Notes under the pieces: model-generated
What the model was told of the DNA's origin: nothing
Database searches by the model: none
Seen by the model: only the letters and a program-made list of their open reading frames with translations
Translations under genes and position numbers: made by a program
Shown here: in pieces, positions 8,747-17,906 of the stretch
Layout of the letters: every line of letters begins with the position of its first letter
Numbering within the stretch: position 1 is the stretch's first letter
Source of the DNA: Pyrodictium abyssi
GTDB taxonomy: Archaea; Thermoproteota; Thermoprotei_A; Sulfolobales; Pyrodictiaceae
DNA: 32,000 nucleotides
Direction of reading: 5' to 3'
Assembly: GCF_036323395.1 (NCBI RefSeq)
Contig: NZ_AP028907.1
Location: 1,200,001 to 1,232,000 of the forward strand

Positions 8747-9202
8747 TCATCGCTGTTGCGGCTGTGCAGCTGTAGCAGCTTCCTTATCCTCGAATAAGGC
8801 CTTCTCCGTCTCCCCCAGTAGATAGTATGCTTCAACGCCGTATCTCCGGGCGCTCAGAACCTGCACCCTATCGTTCGAGACCAGGATGGAGCTTGTCTTC
8901 GAGGCACATGCTATGTAGTAGGCGTCGGCCGCTCTGGACCCAGTGGCTATGGCCACACGGTAGGCATCCTCGTCAAGGTTGGTGCACACACGGATCCTAG
9001 ATACAATCTCCTCCACCAGTTGTTCAACAACATCCCTAGGGTTAAGGCGTACCAAGAGCCCGGCAAGCTCCACCCGGAAGAGTGCAGGCTCGTATATAGC
9101 TAGGCCCTCGACCTCTGCGAAGAACTTCTCAGCTAGTCTAAGACGGGCCTCATCCCTCGCGTTGAACAAGTCGAACCACAACGAAGCATCAACAACTATC
9201 AT
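8747..9202 (-). CDS. vapC: PIN-domain ribonuclease toxin (VapC family)
   Basis: MIVVDASLWFDLF, YEPALFRVELAGLL, AADAYYIACA, SILVSNDRVQ: acidic-residue pattern of PIN domains. Confidence 0.82.
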   Translation of the reverse strand: MIVVDASLWFDLFNARDEARLRLAEKFFAEVEGLAIYEPALFRVELAGLLVRLNPRDVVEQLVEEIVSRIRVCTNLDEDAYRVAIATGSRAADAYYIACASKTSSILVSNDRVQVLSARRYGVEAYYLLGETEKALFEDKEAATAAQPQQR

Positions 9203-9208
9203 GCCGCT

Positions 9209-9400
9209 TCAACGCCTCTCGGCGAGGTACCCGTCTATATCCTCGGAGGAGAGCTTGACGCCGTGCTTTTCGCGGTAACGGCGTGCTACATCAACTATGC
9301 TCTCCTCGATCCTTACTAGTACGTGCTGCCCTTCGTATAGGTCAAGCCTCTCTAGAGGCCTTAGTACCCCCTTCTCGTAGACTGCTCTTACTACTCTAGT
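9209..9400 (-). CDS. DUF104/AF2212-like antitoxin reading frame with no canonical start codon; partner of the PIN toxin
   Basis: Manual translation gives TRVVRAVYEKGVLRPLERLDLYEGQHVLVRIEESIVDVARRYREKHGVKLSSEDIDGYLAERR*. A stop (TGA, 9401-9403) immediately precedes the frame and no ATG/GTG/TTG is found before the conserved region. Confidence 0.55.
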   Translation of the reverse strand, partial: TRVVRAVYEKGVLRPLERLDLYEGQHVLVRIEESIVDVARRYREKHGVKLSSEDIDGYLAERR

Positions 9401-9572
9401 TCACACCTTGTACCCATGTACCGTAGCACCGGCACTCCGGATAAGCACAGTGGCTATTCCAACACCCTCCGGGTGCATCACTCTCCACGCGTTAAGCCAG
9501 GTGAAAAGCTAGGCTTAGACCCCGTTAGCCGACTGGGGGCTTGTCGCTACACTGTGGCTGTCGCCGCGTGTT

Positions 9573-10007
9573 CTAGGCTGGTGGGCCGGGGTCCTCGTAC
9601 TCCACTACGAGCCATACATGGCTTCCATCGCTCCTCGGCACTGGTGCCAGGAGGAGGGCATGCGCCGGGTCCTCCAGCTGGGGGCTTCTGCCGGCGGCTA
9701 GCGTGTAGGGAGCCGCCTCGACCGTGTACGGCGGTGTGTATACTGTGGGTCCCGGGGCTGGGCAGGCCTGTGCCTCTAGTAGGAGTAGCTCTGCCTCGGC
9801 CACGGCTCTCGCGGCTAGGCGCATGCCCGGCGGCTTGGCGGCCACTGTGCCCGGCTCTAGGAGCTGGGTGCTCTCATTGGTCTCTGCCGCCACTGTGCCG
9901 CGGAGGACAAGGAGGATTATGCAGCCCGCTTCTCCGAGGACTAGTACTGTGCCCTTGTCCAGCCTCTCTAGTCTAGGGCTCCCGGCTCGCCCGGGAAGGG
10001 GCTCCAC
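9573..10007 (-). CDS. Hypothetical protein
   Basis: 144 aa ORF with plausible protein composition (GTVLVLGEAGCIILLVLRGTVAAE...). Competing ORFs exist on the opposite strand. Confidence 0.35.
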   Translation of the reverse strand: MEPLPGRAGSPRLERLDKGTVLVLGEAGCIILLVLRGTVAAETNESTQLLEPGTVAAKPPGMRLAARAVAEAELLLLEAQACPAPGPTVYTPPYTVEAAPYTLAAGRSPQLEDPAHALLLAPVPRSDGSHVWLVVEYEDPGPPA

Positions 10008-10049
10008 ACGCTGTTGGAGGGATAATACGCGGCCACCTCCCGGTCCAGC

Positions 10050-10970
10050 ATGCTTCCTTCGGAGCGCGTGTCTGGGCCAGTGTTGCCCACCCGCGTGGGG
10101 CTAGTTAAACTGTTCGCCCCCGAGGGGCCCGCCGCGCGTGGTAGGCTGCGCCGGGGCGCTAAGAGGGGCCGCGGGGCCTGCCCCCAGGCGGGGGTGCAGC
10201 GGGGCCTGGTTGAGCGCGGCCGGTTGAGGGCTCTAGCGCTGCTAGCGGGCGTCTTCGCCGCGCCGGGGCTGCTGGAGCCGCCGCTCGCCGGCGTGGAGCT
10301 TACCCGGGTGCGGCTGGGGCTAGGCCGCCGGGTGCTACTCCTAGCAGACATGCACATCCACGGCAAGCCCAACGCCATGGCGGTGGAGGCTGCTAGAGCC
10401 TCCAAGCCCGACGTGATAGTCGTCGCCGGGGATACGTGGGACGAGCGCAGCCCAGGCCTAGCCGCCGTCGAGGAGACGCTCAGAGAGGCTGCGAGGCATG
10501 CGCGCGCCGGGGTCGCGGTGCTCGGCAACCACGAGGAGTGGGCCCGGGACAGGATAAGCCTCGAGGATGGGATACGGGTGCTCGAGGACGCGGGCTACAC
10601 CGTGCTCGTGGACAGCGACGCCGAGGTGCAGGGGCTACGGGTCGCCGGGCTCCGGTGGAGAGACAACCCGAGGCGCTACGAGGAGCCCCTCAGCCGGCTA
10701 GCCCCGGGGACCGACATAGTCGTCTCCCACAGCCCTGACGCGTTCAACCACCTCCCCAGGGCCGCGGGGAGGCTCGTCATGCTCTCGGGCCACACGCACG
10801 GCGGGCAGTGGTGCCTGCCGGGCGGCTACGCTCCCTTTACCAACAGCGTCTACGGCTACCGGTGGGGCCTCTACCGCCGCGGCGAGGCAGCGCTGTACGT
10901 CAGCCGGGGCCTAGGCGAGATGATCCCGCCCAGGCTGTACTGCCGCTACCAGGCCGTAGTCATAGAGTAA
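10050..10970 (+). CDS. Calcineurin-like metallophosphoesterase, likely membrane-associated
   Basis: VLLLADMHIHG, VVAGDTWDER, VLGNHEEW, VVSHSPDAF, MLSGHTHGGQWCLP. The real start may be the in-frame GTG at 10194. Confidence 0.85.
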   Translation: MLPSERVSGPVLPTRVGLVKLFAPEGPAARGRLRRGAKRGRGACPQAGVQRGLVERGRLRALALLAGVFAAPGLLEPPLAGVELTRVRLGLGRRVLLLADMHIHGKPNAMAVEAARASKPDVIVVAGDTWDERSPGLAAVEETLREAARHARAGVAVLGNHEEWARDRISLEDGIRVLEDAGYTVLVDSDAEVQGLRVAGLRWRDNPRRYEEPLSRLAPGTDIVVSHSPDAFNHLPRAAGRLVMLSGHTHGGQWCLPGGYAPFTNSVYGYRWGLYRRGEAALYVSRGLGEMIPPRLYCRYQAVVIE

Positions 10971-11016
10971 CACCGCGTGATGGCCGGCCACCATGTGTCC
11001 TCGGCCCGGGGCCTAG

Positions 11017-11970
11017 ATGCACGTGTTACCAGCCCCTCCAGGGGCCCGGGGATCCTGGGGGATGGCGGTTAGGGGCCAGGGCTTCACAGTGGAGGCCCAG
11101 CTGGGCCTAGCCCGGGTGCTCTCCCCCGGCGGCACCGTGGAGCCGGCAGTGGTCTACAGGGGCAGGGTCTACCCCCTAGGGGCCTGGGGCTACAGCGACG
11201 TGAGAGAGGTCATGCTCGAGAACCCGCCGGAGGAGTTCGAGAGCCTCGCGCGCAGCGTCGCCTCGAGCGACCGTGGGCTCCCGCTCCACGGGGTCCGGCT
11301 AGCAGCGCCAGTGGACCGGCCAGGCAAGCTAGTGCTGGTCGGCCTCAACTACATGGACCACGCCCGCGAGATACGCCGGGAGCCGCCCCGGGTGCCCGAC
11401 CTCTTCACCAAGACCAGTAACACGGTCATAGGGCCCGGGGACCCCATCGTGCTCCACGACCCCGGGCTCCGGGTGGACGCCGAGGCCGAGCTAGCAGCGG
11501 TCATAGGGCTCCCAGGCCGCAGCCTAGAGCCCGAGGAGGCCCTAGAGGTGGTCTGGGGCTACACCTGCCTCAACGACGTCTCAGCCCGGACCGAGCAGCT
11601 CCTATCCGGGGCCACCCAGTGGTGGAGGGGCAAGAGCAGAGACACCTACGCGCCCATAGGCCCCGTGATAGTGCCGCGCGTGCTCCTAGACCCCGGGCAG
11701 GGGCTCCGCCTAAGACTGCTAGTCTCCGGCGAAACCCTCCAAGACGGCACCACACGGGACATGATACACAACGTCGCGGTGCTAGTCTCCTACACGAGCA
11801 GGGGCACACTCCTAGAACCCGGCGACATAATAGCCACCGGGACCCCCGCCGGGGTAGGCCACGCACGCCAGCCGCCACGCTACCTAGAGCCCGGCGACAC
11901 CGTAGCCGTGTGCATCGAGGCGATAGGCTGCATAGAGAACCCCGTAGTACCCGACACCCAGCCCGCCTAG
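11017..11970 (+). CDS. Fumarylacetoacetate hydrolase (FAH) family protein
   Basis: LVLVGLNYMDHAREI, PDLFTKTSNTVIGPGDPIVL, VDAEAELAAVIG, GYTCLNDVSAR, SRDTYAPIGPVIV, GDIIATGTPAGVG. Start uncertain. Confidence 0.88.
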   Translation: MHVLPAPPGARGSWGMAVRGQGFTVEAQLGLARVLSPGGTVEPAVVYRGRVYPLGAWGYSDVREVMLENPPEEFESLARSVASSDRGLPLHGVRLAAPVDRPGKLVLVGLNYMDHAREIRREPPRVPDLFTKTSNTVIGPGDPIVLHDPGLRVDAEAELAAVIGLPGRSLEPEEALEVVWGYTCLNDVSARTEQLLSGATQWWRGKSRDTYAPIGPVIVPRVLLDPGQGLRLRLLVSGETLQDGTTRDMIHNVAVLVSYTSRGTLLEPGDIIATGTPAGVGHARQPPRYLEPGDTVAVCIEAIGCIENPVVPDTQPA

Positions 11971-12015
11971 AGCACCGAGATACACGAGCAGAGTCGACGC
12001 CAAAAGAACGCCCCT

Positions 12016-12222
12016 TCAGCCCTCGAACTCTTCCTCCAGGTCTATCTCCGCTAGCTCGCCGAGCCTAGCTCTTCCGGCCCTCAACTGGGCACGCCTCTCA
12101 CGAAGCTACCGGAGCACATTCTTCAGCTGCGCATCATAGGCCATAAGCTCCTCCCCCTGGGCCCGAGTAGAGCGTAGCCCCTCTATGACCATAAGCCTCG
12201 CAGAGAGCCCCCCGGGTACCAC
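12016..12222 (-). pseudogene. Small coiled-coil ORF interrupted by an in-frame TAG
   Basis: Manual translation from GTG 12220-12222: VVPGGLSARLMVIEGLRSTRAQGEELMAYDAQLKNVLR*LRERRAQLRAGRARLGELAEIDLEEEFEG*. The TAG complement is at 12106-12108. Confidence 0.35.
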
Positions 12223-12452
12223 TATCTATCCCTTAGGTCCAGTCCTTCTGTCCTCGGTCTAACCAGGGGCCACACTGTGCAAGAGGCTAGCAGTATTCAA
12301 GGCTAAAATAGACATCCAGTAGCAGGGGCTAGTTGCTAGCCGTAGCAGGACAGTCCGAGCCCCCAGCCGCCCCAGGCGCTAACAGAAGGGCAATAACCGC
12401 GCCCAGCCATAGCCCGGCGCCAAGGAGTACAGCGTGTCTACCCATTTAGGCG

Positions 12453-12800
12453 CTATAGCTTCTCGTAGGCGTATCTACGCGCCTCCCCGACCAGCTCGTA
12501 CATTGATGCGAGAGCAAGCAATAACATTGCCGCCCCGGCTAGACCCGGGCCGTAGAGGAGGAAGCCTAGCAGCCCCAGCACCGCGACGAAGAGATAATGG
12601 GCCACTGCTAGCAGCTCTGGGACGCGGTCCCTGGGCAGCGAAGCCAGGAGCAGAATCGCGTAGTTTATCGCCGAGCCTATATTCCGGGCTATGAGGGAAT
12701 AGAGTAGCCCGGCTAGACCCGTCACTAGGCCTAGAGCAGCTAGAATACCTATCCACTGCCGACTATCCCTGGAAGTGCCCGTAGTACCCCCCGGGCTCAA
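12453..12800 (-). CDS. Small membrane protein
   Basis: 115 aa ORF with about three hydrophobic segments (WIGILAALGLVTGLAGLLYSLIA, LLAVAHYLFVAVLGLLGFLLYG, LAGAAMLLLALASMY). Confidence 0.55.
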   Translation of the reverse strand: MSPGGTTGTSRDSRQWIGILAALGLVTGLAGLLYSLIARNIGSAINYAILLLASLPRDRVPELLAVAHYLFVAVLGLLGFLLYGPGLAGAAMLLLALASMYELVGEARRYAYEKL

Positions 12801-13024
12801 CTAATGCAGCACCATATGAGACACATCGAATACAGGTCTGCATATCTTAAGTGATGTGCCCCAGGAACCGTAGACACCTTCGGATATCCTGCCGAGCGGG
12901 CTAGCCGTGGCCCGCTACCTGTGGCTAGCTAGCGCCCAGCGCTGCACCGCCGATATACTATCACGTTATCCTCGTATTATCGTGTCCGCTTCCTTTTAGA
13001 AGTAGCGCCATTAAACTCCAGACA

Positions 13025-13597
13025 ATGAGGTATACCTATCAAGTAGATGACGCTACGCCGGAGATAGAGCTAAGCAGCCATGCCAAGAGAAGGATTGAGT
13101 AGCGAGGCATAGCCATCGAGGCAGTAATAGACACCATGCTTAGCCCTAGCTATGAACTATACGATGTAAAAGAGAGCACGCTCATATATACTTCGGAGAA
13201 GCACCGGCTGGTTGTCGCGGCTGTACGCCGTCCCGGAGACAAACTATACGTTGTCACCGTTATACCTGTGAGCAATCTTGAAAGCCTTGTGTCTAGGAGG
13301 ATTAGGAGGGCCGGTGGATACCGTTCGATAGAGGAGCTAGTAGAGGGCAGGATAATTGAGTACGACCCCGGATCCGATATCCTGGTTATACGTATACGCC
13401 GGGGCAAGGCTGTCGACGGCGAGTGGCTGGATAACGACGTGGTGCTACTGTATGGAGAGGATGGTAGGCTCCTCGAGGTGGAGGTCCACCGCGCCCGTGG
13501 TCGTGGCCTCGTGGAGGCCGTGCTGGAGCTGAGCGAGCGGCTAGGGCTCCGGCCAATGCGGCGGGCGGCTGAGGCTAGCCATGTAGAGGCTACGTGA
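13025..13597 (+). pseudogene. DUF4258-like (toxin-type) plus DUF2283-like (antitoxin-type) fusion interrupted by an in-frame TAG at 13100-13102
   Basis: ATG 13025: MRYTYQVDDATPEIELSSHAKRRIE*RGIAIEAVIDTMLSPSYELYDVKESTLIYTSEKHRLVVAAVRRPGDKLYVVTVIPVS...IIEYDPGSDILVIRIRRGK...DNDVVLLYGEDGRLLEVEVHRA. The track calls only the portion from 13136. Confidence 0.65.
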
Positions 13598-13652
13598 GCG
13601 CACAGAGGAGGGCCCCCGGGGCCGCGGGATACAGCATAACCTGCGGCATTGT

Positions 13653-14561
13653 CTAGGGCTGCTGCGTGCTCGTGGTCTGGTTGTCTTCTTTGGTGCTCTT
13701 TCTGGCTCGGGCTAGGCGGCTGCGTGCCTTCTCTAGTACTGGGCCGAGTAGCTCCATGTGCTGGTCTACCGTGTAGTGCCTGTATGGCGCTGGCCTGCCC
13801 CGGTACACAACCCTCTCGCTGAGCGTGGCTGAGTCTACCCGTGTTACCTCGACGCCGCTGCTGTCCAGGCGTATGACGTTGAAGGATGGTGATGTGCCTG
13901 CTTTTAGCTTGATTGTTGTCGCGGTCCCGGCGTGTAGTATCAGCATGCCGTTGAGCTCCCATACCCATGGTACGTGCTTGTGGCCCGAGAGCACTATGTT
14001 GACGCCTAGCCGGAGGAGTAGGTCTAGGAAGTCTCCAGCGTCGACTGGTATGTTTCTCTCACGCCCGGTCCCGGGCACCGGTACTAGGTGGTGGTGTAGC
14101 GCTACTATCTTCAGGCCGTTGCACTTCTCTAGGTTCTGCTCTACTATCCTGTACGCGAGCCTACCTATGTGGCCGTCGTCTAGGTCTGGCTCGCTCGAGT
14201 CGACGCCCTGTATGCATACCCGGCCACGGTGGCTTATGAAGGGGTAGCGTGTGCCGAATACGTGCTCGAAGACGACATAGCCCATGTTCCTCGAGTCGTG
14301 GTTGCCGGGCACGACGAGCAGCTCGGCCGTGTTTATCCTGGCTAGCAGGTCTATCGCCTTCTCGTACTCGTGTACAAACCCGTAGTCCGTGATGTCCCCA
14401 GTCACCACCACGATGTCCGGCTCCACTCTGTTCACATAGCCTATCACGTTCTCTGCCAGCTTTGGCGAGAAGACCCCGGCGCCTACGTGCAGGTCTGAAA
14501 GGTGTACTATCACTGTCACCACGTAGCCACCAGGAGCTATGCTCAGTATGATGATTTCCAC
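13653..14561 (-). CDS. Calcineurin-like metallophosphoesterase (CpdA/Icc-like)
   Basis: VHLSDLHVGAG, VVTGDITDYG, VVPGNHDSRN, ALHHH, VLSGHKHVPWVW. Likely start is the GTG near 14519. Confidence 0.85.
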   Translation of the reverse strand: MEIIILSIAPGGYVVTVIVHLSDLHVGAGVFSPKLAENVIGYVNRVEPDIVVVTGDITDYGFVHEYEKAIDLLARINTAELLVVPGNHDSRNMGYVVFEHVFGTRYPFISHRGRVCIQGVDSSEPDLDDGHIGRLAYRIVEQNLEKCNGLKIVALHHHLVPVPGTGRERNIPVDAGDFLDLLLRLGVNIVLSGHKHVPWVWELNGMLILHAGTATTIKLKAGTSPSFNVIRLDSSGVEVTRVDSATLSERVVYRGRPAPYRHYTVDQHMELLGPVLEKARSRLARARKSTKEDNQTTSTQQP

Positions 14562-14694
14562 GAAGCAGGTAATATAGTCCCCTCTCCGGCCTTGGGTGGA
14601 GCTGGCATTGTTCTAGCTTGCACGTTAACCCTTAGGATACCTGGCTTGCTCTACAAAAACACTCCTAGGTGCACAATATGGCCAAAATGTAGTT

Positions 14695-15501
14695 TTATGT
14701 AGTGTTAAAGATATCCTTGTGGGACTGGCTCATACTCCTGGAAAGCATGGCTGCGAATTCAGCTATGTATCTTAGGACTGAGTCGGTGGCGCTATCTGTG
14801 GTCTTTTTGCTGAGACCTCCTATAGCGAGGCTATCGCTAACTACTAGAGCTACAACAGTCCTTATGCCCAATAGGCTGGCGATAGTATAGAGTGTTGCTG
14901 TCTCACATTCTACGCAGAGGATCGGCTTGTCGGCCCACTCCCTGAGCAGCTTGTTCTCAGTCATATGGCTTGATGTTGTGTAGACTAGTCCCAGTGTTGC
15001 CTCTAGGCCTCTCCGGCGGAGGAAATTATGCAGCTCTACAGCTAGCACGGGATCTGCTACTGCGGGAAACCGGGGGTTCACGTAGTTCTCAGAGGCTCCG
15101 TCGCCACGTACAGCCGCGTAGGCGACTACGACGCTGCCTAGGCCGAGCTGCTCCTTCAGTGCTCCGCACCAGCCTAGCCCTAGAATGTACTCTGCTCTCG
15201 CTGCACACGCAAGGGCTAGGAGAACCTCCACGTAGTGTGGCCCGCCCGCCAGGGCTACGAAGGATACGGGCAGCCTTCTGTGCCTCCATACGCGTATTGT
15301 GTGGAGCGTATTGTCTAGCTTCTCAACATCCCTGCCGAGGACTTTCTCGACTCTCTGGAACCCGCCGCCGAGCAGAGGGACTATGACCTTGCCCAGGACC
15401 GAGGGGTCTCTACCGCCTAGGCTTGATCGAACCCAGTTCTCAACCCAGTAGCGCGGGGAGTCGAGCACCCGGAAACATTGCTCCGGAACGAGTGGGCTCA
15501 T
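14695..15501 (-). CDS. Purine-nucleoside/uridine phosphorylase family protein
   Basis: YILGLGWCGALKEQLGLGSVVVAYAAVRGDGAS, CVECETATLYTIASLLGIRTVVALVVSDSLA: PNP_UDP_1 family pattern. Confidence 0.8.
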   Translation of the reverse strand: MSPLVPEQCFRVLDSPRYWVENWVRSSLGGRDPSVLGKVIVPLLGGGFQRVEKVLGRDVEKLDNTLHTIRVWRHRRLPVSFVALAGGPHYVEVLLALACAARAEYILGLGWCGALKEQLGLGSVVVAYAAVRGDGASENYVNPRFPAVADPVLAVELHNFLRRRGLEATLGLVYTTSSHMTENKLLREWADKPILCVECETATLYTIASLLGIRTVVALVVSDSLAIGGLSKKTTDSATDSVLRYIAEFAAMLSRSMSQSHKDIFNTT

Positions 15502-15620
15502 AGAATGCCCCGTACCCCTAGTGCCGGGGCATCGTCTACGCTATGTGCTTTACGTGGCATAGCCCTCTATGCTGCCTATAGCGCCTCCTGCCTGGCCGAG
15601 TATAGGCTAAAGTGCAACCG

Positions 15621-17135
15621 TTACCCGGGGCCGTTGCTCTTGCTGTTGGTGAGGCTTATCAGGCCTAGGGCTGCCTTCTGCTTGCACTCCGTGCATAGGT
15701 AGAGCCTCTCTATGGCCGCCTCGGGGGCCCCTGCGCTGCGTAGCCGTGCCTCCACGGTCTTTATCATCCTTAGCGGGCCTATGGGCTTGCCGCAGACCCG
15801 GCAGCGGGCCACCTCCTCCCTGTGCAGGACTACGCTGTCCCCTGCGAGGAGAGCCGGGTCCACGGCGTGGCTCACAGTGATGGCGTCCTCGGGGCATGCT
15901 TCGACGCATAGCCTGCAGGGGGCGCAGCGGTCTGGGTGGAAGACTAGCCTGGAGCCCTCCTCTGTCTCTACCAGCTCTAGGGCCGATGTGGGGCAGGTGT
16001 ATGCGCAGGCGCCGCATAGGGTGCACCGTCCCGGGTCCACCGCTGCTACGCCGAGCAGGGGGGTTCTGGTCTCGACCCGTGCGCTGGGCGGCTTGGCTTT
16101 GAGTGTCTCTACTGCTGCCCGCCAGGCGTGCTTCGCCCTGGGGCCGATGGGCTCCAGGCCTGGTGCTGTCTCTAGCGCTTTGCGTAGCTCGCTCGGCGAG
16201 GGGGCGAAGACCAGCTTTACCCCGGTGAGCCGCGCGTAGTCGCCGACGACCGTCTCCAGGTACTTCTCGAAGGCTTCTACGCCGCAGCTCTTCACCGTGC
16301 TGCTGCTGCACGCGTAGACGGGTACGAGGCCGGAGCCGAGGGCTGCTAGGAGGAGACGGAGCCCAGCCTGCCCGGGGCACGTCACGGGCAGGAGCACTGC
16401 GCGGGCCGCGGGGCTGGCCCCCCGTAGAGCGTCTATCATCTCGGCCGCGTCGCTGCGGCATATGAGCACGAGGTAGCCGGGGCCCTGGGCCCCTAGTAGC
16501 CCTAGGTACTTCCACGCCGGGTCGTCGCCCGCCGCTGCGTGCTCGAGTATGCCTACGGGGCAGGCGCTCGTGCAGAGCCCGCAGCCCGTACACCGGTACG
16601 GGTCGGGCTGCGGTGGCTTGCCCTCTAGGGCGCTGTAGGGGCATGCCTCGATGCATAGTCTGCAGCCCGTGAGCCTGCTGCACGCGCTGGGCTCGGTCAC
16701 GAGGGGCGTGTCTACTGCCTGGAAGACGGCTGCAGGGCCGCTGCGTAGGAGGTCGCGCCTGGCGAGCCTCTTGCCAGCCGAGGCGCGTAGCCCGGCCTGG
16801 TCTGGCCGCAGCCACTCCATGAGCGATGCGCGGGCGGCTACCGCTGCCTCCAGTGTGGTGCCTGCTAGCTGGGCCTCTAGCGCGTCGAGGCCCCAGACGA
16901 GTAGGCTATTGCCTCCGCTCCGGTCGAGCCTGCCCCAGGCCTCCCTAGCCGCCTTCCAGGCGCCCTGGCCCACTATGAGGGCCCTCTTGCCCTCCTCGGC
17001 TGCCTGGACGGCCTTCTCGACCGCGTCGTCTAGGCTGCTGGCGCTGGCCGCGCCGGCTACACTGGCTCCGGGGAGCGCTATCACCAGGGTCAAGGGGCGC
17101 GGTCTCCTCCCTAGGGGTGTGCGCCGGGTAGGCAT
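15621..17135 (-). CDS. Multi-[4Fe-4S] redox protein with a central MvhD/FrhD-like segment and a C-terminal Cys4 motif
   Basis: CRLCIEACP, CTGCGLCTSACP, CTLCGACAYTCP, CAPCRLCVEACP (four ferredoxin-like motifs); central CRSDAAE..VTCPGQ..YACSSSTVKSCG; C-terminal CRVCG...CTEC. Confidence 0.8.
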   Translation of the reverse strand: MPTRRTPLGRRPRPLTLVIALPGASVAGAASASSLDDAVEKAVQAAEEGKRALIVGQGAWKAAREAWGRLDRSGGNSLLVWGLDALEAQLAGTTLEAAVAARASLMEWLRPDQAGLRASAGKRLARRDLLRSGPAAVFQAVDTPLVTEPSACSRLTGCRLCIEACPYSALEGKPPQPDPYRCTGCGLCTSACPVGILEHAAAGDDPAWKYLGLLGAQGPGYLVLICRSDAAEMIDALRGASPAARAVLLPVTCPGQAGLRLLLAALGSGLVPVYACSSSTVKSCGVEAFEKYLETVVGDYARLTGVKLVFAPSPSELRKALETAPGLEPIGPRAKHAWRAAVETLKAKPPSARVETRTPLLGVAAVDPGRCTLCGACAYTCPTSALELVETEEGSRLVFHPDRCAPCRLCVEACPEDAITVSHAVDPALLAGDSVVLHREEVARCRVCGKPIGPLRMIKTVEARLRSAGAPEAAIERLYLCTECKQKAALGLISLTNSKSNGPG

Positions 17136-17348
17136 TCCAGGTGCTGCTGAGGGTTATAACATGGCCTACGGGCTGGTGCCGGGGCTATAGCTGCTGCTGT
17201 GCCACTGCTTCTGCCTGGTATCCGTATCGCATGCTTATTGGTAAGACTATCGACAAGACAATTACTATTATTGATAGATGTTAAGCATTAAGGATAAATT
17301 GTTCGCGCAGTGTTAGTGTAGCCTACTAGCCTGGAGGGATGTAGACAC

Positions 17349-17906
17349 ATGACCCCGGGCGCGGGGAAACCAGGGTATGATGTCAGGCTGCTAGTGGAGA
17401 ACGCTATACTGATAGACCGGGACATAATACTGGACCTCTACACCGGCTTCGAGAAGGTCCTCCGGTTCGTGGGCGGCCTCCTCTACACGGCGTCGAAGAG
17501 GGCGGGCAAGCTCACCGCCGAGAGGATGGAGAAGAGGGGAGTGCTCAGTAGGGAGAACGCGCTGGACCTGCTCTTCTGGAGCTTCACAGCCGCGGGCTAC
17601 GCGGAGAGGGTCGAGATAGCGGACGTGAGGCTGGGCAGGAAGGATACCGAGATAGAGATACGGGTCACGGGCGCGCTGCTCGGGTCGAGGCTGAAGGGGA
17701 GGAAGAGGCCCGTAGACCAGCCGCTAGCCGGCTACGTGGCTGGCTGGCTCGAGCACGTCTACGGCCTCCGGGTGGACGCGCGTGAGACTAGCTGCGCCGC
17801 CAAGGGCGACGGGAGCTGCGTCTTCACCGTCAGGATACACGGCCGGGTCGATGAGCTCGCCGGTGCCGTGGGCAAGGTATACCAGCGGGAGGCGCAGCAG
17901 TCATAG
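17349..17906 (+). CDS. V4R (4-vinyl reductase-like) domain protein
   Basis: GYVAGWLEHVYGLRVDARETSCAAKGDGSCVFTVRI is typical of V4R small-molecule-binding domains. Confidence 0.72.
   Translation: MTPGAGKPGYDVRLLVENAILIDRDIILDLYTGFEKVLRFVGGLLYTASKRAGKLTAERMEKRGVLSRENALDLLFWSFTAAGYAERVEIADVRLGRKDTEIEIRVTGALLGSRLKGRKRPVDQPLAGYVAGWLEHVYGLRVDARETSCAAKGDGSCVFTVRIHGRVDELAGAVGKVYQREAQQS

Noticed and set aside
9416-9976. 186 aa plus-strand ORF
   Set aside because: Weak composition and overlaps the more plausible minus-strand ORF 9573..10007; no motif.
12329-12445. 38-codon minus-strand ORF (MGRHAVLLGAGLWLGAVIALLLAPGAAGG...)
   Set aside because: One possible TM segment directly downstream of the small membrane gene, but too short and unsupported to call without homologues.
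12016-13597. Idea that TAG is recoded (for example as an amino acid) because two frames are interrupted by TAG
   Set aside because: Many confident genes here end with TAG, including the DMT transporter and FAH genes, so general recoding is unlikely; nonsense mutation or error is simpler.
13150-13968. 272 aa minus-strand ORF
   Set aside because: Antisense to two convincing genes; composition not protein-like.
15607-16815. 402 aa minus-strand ORF
   Set aside because: Alternate frame within the [4Fe-4S] protein gene; R/P/G-rich with no motif, while the other frame has clear cysteine signatures.
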